Assembly (NCBI GenBank): GCA_021788015.1
Contig: JAJYLD010000002.1
Coordinates: 135,033-199,032, forward strand
DNA: 64,000 bases
DNA from: a bacterium
Lineage (GTDB): Bacteria; Patescibacteriota; Patescibacteriia; Patescibacteriales; JAKAJF01
Direction of reading: 5' to 3'
Numbering within the stretch: the stretch's first letter is position 1; each line of letters begins with the position of its first letter. The notes under the pieces are model-generated. The model saw only the letters and a program-made list of their open reading frames with translations. It was not told the DNA's origin and did no database searches. Positions 16,197 through 23,920 of this stretch are shown in pieces. The translations under genes were made by a program, and so were the position numbers.

Positions 16197-17219
16197 ATGA
16201 AATCAAAACGAACAATTCCGTTGGGAAGTTTAATTTTTTATTTTTTAGTCATCATTTTAATCATAATCGCTTTCAGGCGATTCAGCGAAATCGAAAGAGT
16301 GACAAGGCTTTTTCGCGAGGCGCGGCCGGCGATGCTCGCTTTGGCGATCGGAGCGCAAATTTTAACGTATTTGGCGACGGCTTATATTTATTACGAACTT
16401 CTCGACATATACAAACAGAAAAAAGCGGTTAAAAAAGGAGAGCTTTTCCGCGCGTCGGTCGTTTCTTTGTTTTTGACCCAGGCCGTTCCCACGGCGGGCG
16501 TAAGCGGGAACACTTTTATTATTTATTTTTTGAACAACAAAAGAGTTCCGATGAAGCAGTCCGTTTCCATAATCACTTTGGAGCTTTTTACTTATTACGC
16601 CGCGCACATTCTTCTTCTCTTTTTCGTCTTTCTGTATTTTGTTTTTTTTCTCAACTGGGCCGTTAACGGATTGTTGCTGGCCATCGGCCTTGTCGGAGCG
16701 GGCCTTTTTCTTTTAATCAGCGTTCTTATCGTTTTTTTCGGAAGCAAAAGATTTCTGTTTTTTCTGCGGAAGGCGAGGAAATTCAGAAGCGTAAGTTGGA
16801 TTTTGAACAAAATAAAAATGGGCCCTTTGTTTCGCGGATCGTCCGAAGCGGGATGGGAAAGTCCGCTTGAAATTTTAAAAAACAAACGCGAGTTTCTTTT
16901 TTGGCCGCTTGTTTGGCAGATCGCGATTTTGCTCCTCGACGCCGTAACGATCCTTTTTTTGTTTATCGGGTTTAATTTTCACGTCCCGTTTTCTTATATC
17001 GTTCTCGTGCTCTTGCTTACGAAGATAATTTCCCTTGTTTCCGTTTTGCCCGGAGCGTTGGTATTTTTCGAGGGCAGCATGGTTTTGTTCTTTTCTTTTT
17101 TTTCCGTTCCTCTGGATTTGGCCGTCATCATCACCCTTTTATTCCGCGCCCTTTCTTTTTGGCTCCCCATGCCCTTCGGGCTGTACTTCTACAGGCGCAC
17201 GCATCTTGAGATGAAATAG
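16197..17219 (+). CDS. Flippase-like membrane protein (LPG-synthase TM/UPF0104 type)
   Basis: Polytopic membrane protein whose N-terminal region is typical of the family. Confidence 0.55.
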   Translation: MKSKRTIPLGSLIFYFLVIILIIIAFRRFSEIERVTRLFREARPAMLALAIGAQILTYLATAYIYYELLDIYKQKKAVKKGELFRASVVSLFLTQAVPTAGVSGNTFIIYFLNNKRVPMKQSVSIITLELFTYYAAHILLLFFVFLYFVFFLNWAVNGLLLAIGLVGAGLFLLISVLIVFFGSKRFLFFLRKARKFRSVSWILNKIKMGPLFRGSSEAGWESPLEILKNKREFLFWPLVWQIAILLLDAVTILFLFIGFNFHVPFSYIVLVLLLTKIISLVSVLPGALVFFEGSMVLFFSFFSVPLDLAVIITLLFRALSFWLPMPFGLYFYRRTHLEMK

Positions 17220-17256
17220 CCGACTTACGCACGACTTTGAAAAAATTTGATTTTTT

Positions 17257-17265
17257 TGTTATAAT
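17257..17265 (+). promoter_or_regulatory. Extended -10 promoter (TGTTATAAT)
   Basis: Lies 68 nt upstream of the superoxide dismutase ATG. Confidence 0.45.
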
Positions 17266-17333
17266 GGCAACATTAATTTTAAAAAATTTTAAACCGAAAG
17301 AAAAGCGGTTTAATTAATTAAAGATTAAATCAT

Positions 17334-17936
17334 ATGAAAAATTTTTATGTTTTACCCGAGCTGCCTTACGGGTTTAAAGATTTGGAACCGATTTTGTCCG
17401 AAGAACAATTAAAAATCCATTATGAAAAACATCATAATGCTTATGTCAAGAACGCGAACGATCTTTTGGAAAAATTAGACAAAGTTCATGAAGAAGGGCG
17501 GGAAGTCGATTTGCGCGCCTGGGAAAAGGCGTTTTCCTTTAATGTTAACGGGCATCTTTTACATTCTTTGTTTTGGGAAAGCATGACGCCGGAGAAAAAA
17601 AGCGGAGAGCCCGGCAAAAAATTGGGTGAGCTCATTAAAGACAATTTCGGTGGCATTGAAAAATTTAAAAAGGAATTCATGCAGACGGCCATGACCGTCG
17701 AGGGATCCGGTTGGGCGGCCCTGACTCAATGCCCGAAAACGGGCAGATTGCTCTTGATGCAAATCGAAAAGCATAACATGAATTGCTACGCCGGGTTTAA
17801 AATGCTTCTGGTCATGGACGCGTTCGAGCACGCTTACTACATCGATTATAAAAATGAAAAAGGAAAGTTTTTCGAGGCGTTTTGGAAAATTGTGAATTGG
17901 GAAGCCGCGGAGAAAAGACTAGACAACGAATACTAA
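17334..17936 (+). CDS. Fe/Mn superoxide dismutase
   Basis: LPELPYGFKDLEPILSEEQLKIHYEKHHNAYV and DAFEHAYYIDY are the classic SOD motifs. Confidence 0.9.
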   Translation: MKNFYVLPELPYGFKDLEPILSEEQLKIHYEKHHNAYVKNANDLLEKLDKVHEEGREVDLRAWEKAFSFNVNGHLLHSLFWESMTPEKKSGEPGKKLGELIKDNFGGIEKFKKEFMQTAMTVEGSGWAALTQCPKTGRLLLMQIEKHNMNCYAGFKMLLVMDAFEHAYYIDYKNEKGKFFEAFWKIVNWEAAEKRLDNEY

Positions 17937-18084
17937 ATTAAAAAAATTATTAAATCCTAAGCTTTAAATTTTAAACAATATCTAATAACAAAAAAATAAA
18001 AATTAAAGTTTTTTGTAATTTGGATTTATAATTTTGAATTTATTTAGAAATTAGGATTTGGGATTTAGGATTTGTCGTCTAATT

Positions 18085-18441
18085 ATGTTTAATAAAAAAA
18101 CAATCGGATTTTACGGCGAAGACATCGCGGAAAATTTTTTAATCAGAAACGGCTATAAGATTTTGGAAAGAAATTTAAAAACCGGCTACAAAGAAATCGA
18201 TATTGTCGCCATGGACAAAGAAGAAACGGTTTTTGTCGAGGTTAAAACAAGAACGTCGACCTTTTCCGGCGACGCGGAAGAGGCTCTGGACAATCGGAAG
18301 ATAAAAAATTTTAAAAAAGCGGTCGAGTTTTATTTGTATAAAAACGCGTTTATCCAAAATTTCAGACTTGATTTTATCGCCGTCGACGTGGACCGGAAAA
18401 ATAAAAAGGCGCGCATAAAACATTTTAAAGACGTCATTTGA
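18085..18441 (+). CDS. YraN-family endonuclease (UPF0102)
   Basis: GEDIAENFLIRNGYKILERN..EIDIVA..VFVEVKTR. The ORF-track N-terminal extension overlaps an intergenic hairpin. Confidence 0.8.
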   Translation: MFNKKTIGFYGEDIAENFLIRNGYKILERNLKTGYKEIDIVAMDKEETVFVEVKTRTSTFSGDAEEALDNRKIKNFKKAVEFYLYKNAFIQNFRLDFIAVDVDRKNKKARIKHFKDVI

Positions 18442-18651
18442 AATTGTTCGCGATTATTTTTGAATTATCATGTTTTTGCTTCCTGCGGAGGAAAAGAAAA
18501 AATTTTTTGAATTCGGTTTTGTATAAAACTTAAACGACCCCCCGCTTTTTAAGAAAACGCCCTTGAGGCGTTTCTGTTTTTTAATTTCCCCTCCGTCTGT
18601 AAAAGAAAACGGATAAATGTTATTATAATTAGAGGTTGTCGTATCTAAATT

Positions 18652-19827
18652 ATGTCAAAGAAACTTTTTCTTTTATTTTCAATAAGTTTGGTCATTTTTT
18701 ACGGTCGCCCCGTTTTTGCCGCCAATACGGTCGATATTTATTTTTTTCGCGGCCAGGGCTGCCCCCACTGCGCGAAAGAAGAAGCGTTTTTAAATAAAGC
18801 GGAACAGAACGACAAGAATATCAGGGTGCGCAGCTACGAAGTTTGGTACAACCAAGAAAATCAAAAATTTCTTTTGGATTTAAGCAAGGCTTTAAACATT
18901 CGGGTCGAAGGAGTTCCCCTTACGATAGTCGGCGGTAAGGAGATAACCGGCTACTTGAACGATGAAACCACGGGAAAAGAAATTGCGGACGCGATTAAAA
19001 CATGTGAACAAACGGAATGTCAAGATCCGGTCGAGAATTATTTGCTGCATAAAAACGCGGGAACAAGCGCCAGCGCAAAGATTGAAAACATAAATCTGCC
19101 CCTTTTCGGCGATTTGGACATCAAGAAGATATCGTTGCCGATTTTGACGATTCTGATCGGGGCCGTGGACGGGTTAAATCCTTGCGCTCTTTGGGTTTTG
19201 CTTTTTTTAATCAGTCTTCTCATCGGCATGCAAGAAAAAAGGAAACTTTTGATTTTGGGCGGAACTTTTATTTTGGTTTCGGCCGTTTTCTACTATTTGG
19301 TTCTTGCCGCCTGGCTCAATTTTTTACTTTTTGTTGGATTTATTTTTTGGATACGGATCATTATCGGTTTGATCGCGATTTTTACGGGTTCTTATTATAT
19401 TAAAGAATGGCTTGATAAAAAAAGAGGTTGCAGTGTCGTTAATGAAGACAGGCGAAAGAAAATAATTTCGCAAGTTAAAGAAATTCTCGCACGGGAAAAA
19501 ATTTGGCTGGCTTTGGGCGGAATTGTATTTTTGGCCGTTTCCGTAAACATGTTTAAGGCTCTCTGCAGCGCCGGCTTGCCGGCGGTTTACGCTCAAGTTT
19601 TGGCTCTTTCCGGATTGCCAAAATGGCAATATTACGCTTATTTGGCTTTGTACATTCTGGCGTTTGAAAGCTACGAAATTATTATTCTTGGCATCGCCCT
19701 CCTTACTTTTAAAATGCAAGCCGTCAGTCCGAAGTTTATAAATCGTGTCACTCTTTTGGGCGGCGTCATCATGTTAATTATCGGCTTTCTTTTAATTTTA
19801 AAGCCTGGCTGGTTGATGTTGGGATAG
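18652..19827 (+). CDS. Thioredoxin-fold domain fused to a CcdA/DsbD-like membrane domain
   Basis: Signal peptide, a GCPHC active site, then a polytopic region containing DGLNPCA. Confidence 0.5.
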   Translation: MSKKLFLLFSISLVIFYGRPVFAANTVDIYFFRGQGCPHCAKEEAFLNKAEQNDKNIRVRSYEVWYNQENQKFLLDLSKALNIRVEGVPLTIVGGKEITGYLNDETTGKEIADAIKTCEQTECQDPVENYLLHKNAGTSASAKIENINLPLFGDLDIKKISLPILTILIGAVDGLNPCALWVLLFLISLLIGMQEKRKLLILGGTFILVSAVFYYLVLAAWLNFLLFVGFIFWIRIIIGLIAIFTGSYYIKEWLDKKRGCSVVNEDRRKKIISQVKEILAREKIWLALGGIVFLAVSVNMFKALCSAGLPAVYAQVLALSGLPKWQYYAYLALYILAFESYEIIILGIALLTFKMQAVSPKFINRVTLLGGVIMLIIGFLLILKPGWLMLG

Positions 19828-19835
19828 AATTGAGC

Positions 19836-19918
19836 CCTTAGCAAATCAACAAATCTTACAACGAATACAATAAATATCCATTCGTGAAATTTATTGTTGA
19901 ATTCGTTGATTCGCTAGG
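19836..19918. repeat. Intergenic long hairpin, CGAATCAAC family
   Basis: Terminal arms are CCTTAGCAAATCAAC and GTTGATTCGCTAGG. The interior is built from ACGAAT/CAACAA words. Related to 31508-31598. Confidence 0.6.
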
Positions 19919-19991
19919 CATGGAACGGAATTAAAACTTTATTATTTTATGTCTAAAATTAAAAGCATTTAATATAAACACTATCAGCTAT

Positions 19992-21104
19992 ATGAAAAAA
20001 TTTTTAATATTTTTATTTCTGCTTCTGTTTCCCCTCCTTTCTTTCGCGGACACTCAAGCCGGCGTTTTGCCGGAAAAAGTGTTTACGGCCAAAGTGACAA
20101 AAATTTTGAGCGAGCAATATACAAACATGCCGGACGGATCCACGGTCAAGCAACAAAATTTGTTGCTGCAGGGGCTGGACGGGGATTATAAGGGGAAAAC
20201 GATAGAATACGACGGCATCGGTCAGCCGGAAATGACGCAAAGCAATTTATCCAATAATTTGTACAAGGTCGGGGATGAAGTTTCGGTGGAAGCAAATTTT
20301 GACGCCCAGGGAAATGTAAGTTATTCCATAACCGACTATGTTAGGGTTCCGGCATTGGAATGGCTGACGGTCATTTTTATCATTGCCTCTTTGATTGTCG
20401 GCAGATGGAAGGGCTTTCGTTCTCTTGTCGCGCTCGGCCTCACCTTTTTGATAATCATGAAATATATTCTCCCGCAAATCATGGACGGCTCCGATCCGGT
20501 AATCGTCACTTTAATCGGATCGTTTTTTATTCTCTTAGCCATTATTTACATTACCGAAGGACTTAAAATCAACGCCCACATCGCCGTCGCCAGTATTTTT
20601 TTAAGCCTTATCGCCACGGTAGTTTTGTCTTGGTTTTTTGTCGATTTCGCTAAGCTTTCCGGCCTGTCGAACGAAGAAGCCAGTTTCTTGGTCGGTTATG
20701 GCGGACAAATCGTGAATTTCCAAGGCTTGCTTTTAGCCGGGATTATCATCGGCGCTTTGGGCGTTCTTGACGATGTTGTCATCGCCCAGGTGGCGGTGGT
20801 TGAGCAATTAAAAAGCGCGAGCAGTGGATTGACAGGGGTGGAACTTTTTAAAAAATCGTTTAAGGTCGGTATTTCCCATATCAGCGCCATGGTCAATACG
20901 CTGTTTCTTGCCTATGCCGGAGTTTCCTTGCCGTTATTGATTCTGTTCATAAGCGGACAGAGCGCGTTTTCAAGTTCGACCCAGGCTTTAAACAACGAAG
21001 CTCTGGCGACGGAAATCGTTCGCACCTTGACCGGCAGCATCGGTTTGATTTTGGCCGTGCCGATTTCCACCGTACTGGCTGTATGGTGGTATAAAAGGAA
21101 ATAA
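19992..21104 (+). CDS. YibE/F-family membrane protein
   Basis: Signal peptide, an extracellular domain, a polytopic C-terminal region, and GVLDDVVIAQV. Confidence 0.7.
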   Translation: MKKFLIFLFLLLFPLLSFADTQAGVLPEKVFTAKVTKILSEQYTNMPDGSTVKQQNLLLQGLDGDYKGKTIEYDGIGQPEMTQSNLSNNLYKVGDEVSVEANFDAQGNVSYSITDYVRVPALEWLTVIFIIASLIVGRWKGFRSLVALGLTFLIIMKYILPQIMDGSDPVIVTLIGSFFILLAIIYITEGLKINAHIAVASIFLSLIATVVLSWFFVDFAKLSGLSNEEASFLVGYGGQIVNFQGLLLAGIIIGALGVLDDVVIAQVAVVEQLKSASSGLTGVELFKKSFKVGISHISAMVNTLFLAYAGVSLPLLILFISGQSAFSSSTQALNNEALATEIVRTLTGSIGLILAVPISTVLAVWWYKRK

Positions 21105-21198
21105 TCCGATGACGTCAATATGCGAATAAACGTCAATTCGTCGGTTGCGCATTAAATTGTATCGGCGATTTGCCCATTGGCGTTTATTTGCGGGTTAG

Positions 21199-21204
21199 CA
21201 TAAT
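21199..21204 (+). promoter_or_regulatory. -10 box (CATAAT) for a leaderless mRNA
   Basis: CATAAT, then 6 nt (AATTTT), then the ATG at 21211. Confidence 0.4.
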
Positions 21205-21210
21205 AATTTT

Positions 21211-21987
21211 ATGGAAATAACGAGCGCGCAAAATCCAAGAATTAAGCAAGCGGTAAAATTGAAAAACACGAAGGAAAGAAAAAAGACCGGTTTAATTTTG
21301 ATTGAAGGCGAAAAAGAAATTTCTTCGGCCATTACCGCGGGAATCGAAATTAAAGTTTTGTTTTACGCCGAAGAGTTGGCAAAAGGGGAAAAAATAAAAA
21401 TGGGTGGGAATAAAACAATTCAAGTTTCAAAAAATATTTTTCAAAAAATGGCTTACCGGGAAAACCCCGACGGATTTTTGGCCATAGGCGTAACAAAAAA
21501 AATTGAGTTGTCCGAAATAAAATTAAAAGAAAATCCGTTGCTCGTTATTTTAGAAAGCGTGGAGAAACCGGGAAATTTGGGCGCGATTTTGCGAAGCGCG
21601 GACGCGGCCGGAGCCGATGCCGTGATTATCGCAGATCCGAAAACCGACGTTTACAATCCGAATGTGATTCGCGCGAGTCTGGGCACGGTGTTTACGAACC
21701 AAGTGGCGACCGTTTCAAACAAAGAAGCGCTCGCCTGGCTAAAAGAAAAGGGCATTAAAAGCTTTGCCGCTACGCCGAGCACGAACAAACTTTATACAAA
21801 AGTTGATTTTAAAAATTCGAGCGCAATCGTAATCGGAACGGAAGACAAGGGTTTGAGTGAAGAATGGCTTAGGGCCGCGGACGAAAAAATTAAAATTCCC
21901 ATGGCCGGTAAAATCGATTCTTTGAACGCTTCTGTCAGCGCGGCCATAATTTTGTTCGAAGCGGTCAGACAAAGGAATATTGACTAA
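21211..21987 (+). CDS. TrmH/SpoU-family RNA 2'-O-methyltransferase
   Basis: Carries VEKPGNLGAILRSADAAG, IGTEDKGL and SLNASVSAAI. Confidence 0.85.
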   Translation: MEITSAQNPRIKQAVKLKNTKERKKTGLILIEGEKEISSAITAGIEIKVLFYAEELAKGEKIKMGGNKTIQVSKNIFQKMAYRENPDGFLAIGVTKKIELSEIKLKENPLLVILESVEKPGNLGAILRSADAAGADAVIIADPKTDVYNPNVIRASLGTVFTNQVATVSNKEALAWLKEKGIKSFAATPSTNKLYTKVDFKNSSAIVIGTEDKGLSEEWLRAADEKIKIPMAGKIDSLNASVSAAIILFEAVRQRNID

Positions 21988-22096
21988 GTTAAATTTATCT
22001 GTTATTCTTTTTTTAAATAGTCGGGCGGCTATTTTATTTTTGCCGCATGATGATGTTAATTATCAATGTCAAATATTTTTATAAAGTCTCCTCGGC

Positions 22097-22170
22097 GGAG
22101 TGGTAGCTCAGTTGGTTAGAGCGCTGCCCTGTCACGGCAGAGGTCGCGGGTTCGAGCCCCGTTCACTCCG
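22097..22170 (+). tRNA. tRNA-Asp (anticodon GTC)
   Basis: Acceptor GGAGTGG/TCACTCC, D arm GCTC-AGTTGGTTA-GAGC, anticodon loop CTGTCAC, T-loop TTCGAGC. Flanked by a 9-bp extension (CTCCTCGGC/GCCGAGGAG) and a T6 run. Confidence 0.9.
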
Positions 22171-22194
22171 CCGAGGAGACTTTTTTAATGATGG

Positions 22195-22216
22195 GTCACG
22201 GCCGGGGGTCGCGGGT
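22195..22216 (+). other. Degenerate partial copy of tRNA-Asp
   Basis: GTCACGGCCGGGGGTCGCGGGT compared with tRNA positions 22131-22151 (GTCACGGCAGAGGTCGCGGGT). Confidence 0.5.
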
Positions 22217-22282
22217 ATCTTTGATGGATAATTGTAAATATTAAAGATAAAAATAAAATTAAAAGAAGACTATCGGATCATA

Positions 22283-22359
22283 TGCCTATAATATGTCGAT
22301 TTGACATATAAATTTACAAAATAAACGCGAAGCCTTGAAATGGCTTCGTTTTTTATTTT
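22283..22359 (+). ncRNA. Candidate ~60-nt transcript with a promoter and terminator but no ORF
   Basis: TGCCTATAAT (22283-22292), a non-coding stretch (ATG TCG ATT TGA), then terminator CGAAGCC/GGCTTCG plus T6 (22328-22354). Confidence 0.3.
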
Positions 22360-22389
22360 GCGCATGATACAATATAAAAAACAAAAACT

Positions 22390-23526
22390 ATGAAATTCAA
22401 ATCGTTAAACGGGGTATATCTCATGAACTCAGTCTACGGCCTTGCCGGTTCGTTTGTGGGAATTTTTATCCCCATCTATTTTCTCAGCCGGCATCTAAGC
22501 GTCACCGACGTTTTTCTTTTTTATTTGATTTACAGCATAGGGACGCTTGTTTCTTTCTTTTTCACAAACGAAATCGTTCAACTTATCGGTTTGCGCAACA
22601 CGGCTCTAATCGGTTATCCGGTTCTTTTTTTGTATTATTTTCTTGTTTATACGATAAATAAATACGGCATCCCTATTTACATCATTGCCTTGGTAAACGC
22701 ATTGCGAATTTCTTTGTATTGGTTTCCCTTGCATATCTGGATCACTAATATTTCCAATGAAGAAAGTATGGGAAACGATGTGGGGAAATTTTTTGCCTTT
22801 CCCAAGGCGTTAAAAATTTTCGCTCCGGTCATCGCCGGTTTTATCGCCGTATTTTTAGGTTTTAAAGATTTGTTTATTGTCGCGGGAATAATTTATTTTA
22901 TTTCCGCCCTGCCTCTTCTTTTCTTGCCCGAATTTTCTTATAAAAGCAGATTGAAAATCAATAAAATCATCGAATTGTTCAAGGGTTACCGCCAATATTT
23001 CTGGGCGGATGCGATTGAAAATTTAAGAGAAGACGCGGAAGGAATTGTTTGGCCGGTTTTCGTTTATTTGAGTTTTAAAAGCATTCTTTCGATCGGTTAT
23101 ATCGGCACGTTGGGCGCTATCGGTGCCGCCCTCTTCATGTTCTTTGTAGGCAAATTTTCCGACAGGGCCAATCGGCAAAAAATTATGATGAGCGGCGCCG
23201 TTATTATCGCCATTCTCTGGGTTATTCGTTTCTTTGTAATAACTCGGGTCGCATTTTACGCGACAACGCTCAGCGTCGGATTTTTCGAAGCCTTGATCCT
23301 CGTCCCCTTAAACAGCGTAGTTTATAAAACGGCAAAAAACGAAGGCGGTCCCCAATTTATTCTATTCAGAGAGCTTGCCGTAGTCGTCGGCAGAACAGTT
23401 TTGTATGTTGCGGCCATACTTTTGGCCTTCGATGTTAAATACGTTTTTATTTTACCCGCCCTCGCCGGCTTTTACTTTATTCATTTGTCGCGTAAAAAAA
23501 TCGGAACAAAATTATACGCCGGATGA
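22390..23526 (+). CDS. MFS-type transporter
   Basis: About 12 predicted TM segments. A TGATACAAT promoter lies upstream. Confidence 0.55.
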   Translation: MKFKSLNGVYLMNSVYGLAGSFVGIFIPIYFLSRHLSVTDVFLFYLIYSIGTLVSFFFTNEIVQLIGLRNTALIGYPVLFLYYFLVYTINKYGIPIYIIALVNALRISLYWFPLHIWITNISNEESMGNDVGKFFAFPKALKIFAPVIAGFIAVFLGFKDLFIVAGIIYFISALPLLFLPEFSYKSRLKINKIIELFKGYRQYFWADAIENLREDAEGIVWPVFVYLSFKSILSIGYIGTLGAIGAALFMFFVGKFSDRANRQKIMMSGAVIIAILWVIRFFVITRVAFYATTLSVGFFEALILVPLNSVVYKTAKNEGGPQFILFRELAVVVGRTVLYVAAILLAFDVKYVFILPALAGFYFIHLSRKKIGTKLYAG

Positions 23527-23580
23527 TTTTGGCAAAACTGGTTATAAAAAAGCGGTTCGGTTTTTAATTTAAACAAAAAT

Positions 23581-23589
23581 TGCTATAAT
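23581..23589 (+). promoter_or_regulatory. Extended -10 promoter (TGCTATAAT) for the Cys-rich gene
   Basis: TGCTATAAT lies 57 nt upstream of the ATG. Confidence 0.5.
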
Positions 23590-23645
23590 AATTTCAAGAG
23601 AAGGTCCGTTTGTAAACCGTTCCTTTCAAAAGGCGGAGGTGATCT

Positions 23646-23849
23646 ATGTGGCACTGCGTTCTCTGCAACGAAACAGGAGGGACGAGAAATTTTGACGAAA
23701 CACTTTGCAGGTTTTGCATAGACAAACGACCGGAATGCTGCAAAAATTGCATGCCGGCCAGATGCGACCTTATGTGCAAACAATGCAGAAATAATATTTT
23801 AAAGACCTACGGATTTACGGAAGAGTTTACCGCAATTAAAAAAGGTTAA
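23646..23849 (+). CDS. Cysteine-rich 67-aa protein, probable double zinc ribbon
   Basis: Four pairs of Cys motifs (CxxC, CxxC, CCxxC, CxxxCxxC). SD GGAGGTG lies 5 nt upstream. The gene has its own promoter and terminator. Confidence 0.5.
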   Translation: MWHCVLCNETGGTRNFDETLCRFCIDKRPECCKNCMPARCDLMCKQCRNNILKTYGFTEEFTAIKKG

Positions 23850-23877
23850 AGGACGATTACCGTCCTTATTTATTTTA
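23849..23877. terminator. Terminator usable from both strands
   Basis: Stem AAGGACG/CGTCCTT with T-rich tracts on both sides. Confidence 0.55.
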
Positions 23878-23920
23878 TAAAAAATCAAAGGTTTTATTCT
23901 CTGATTTTCTATTTTTATCT

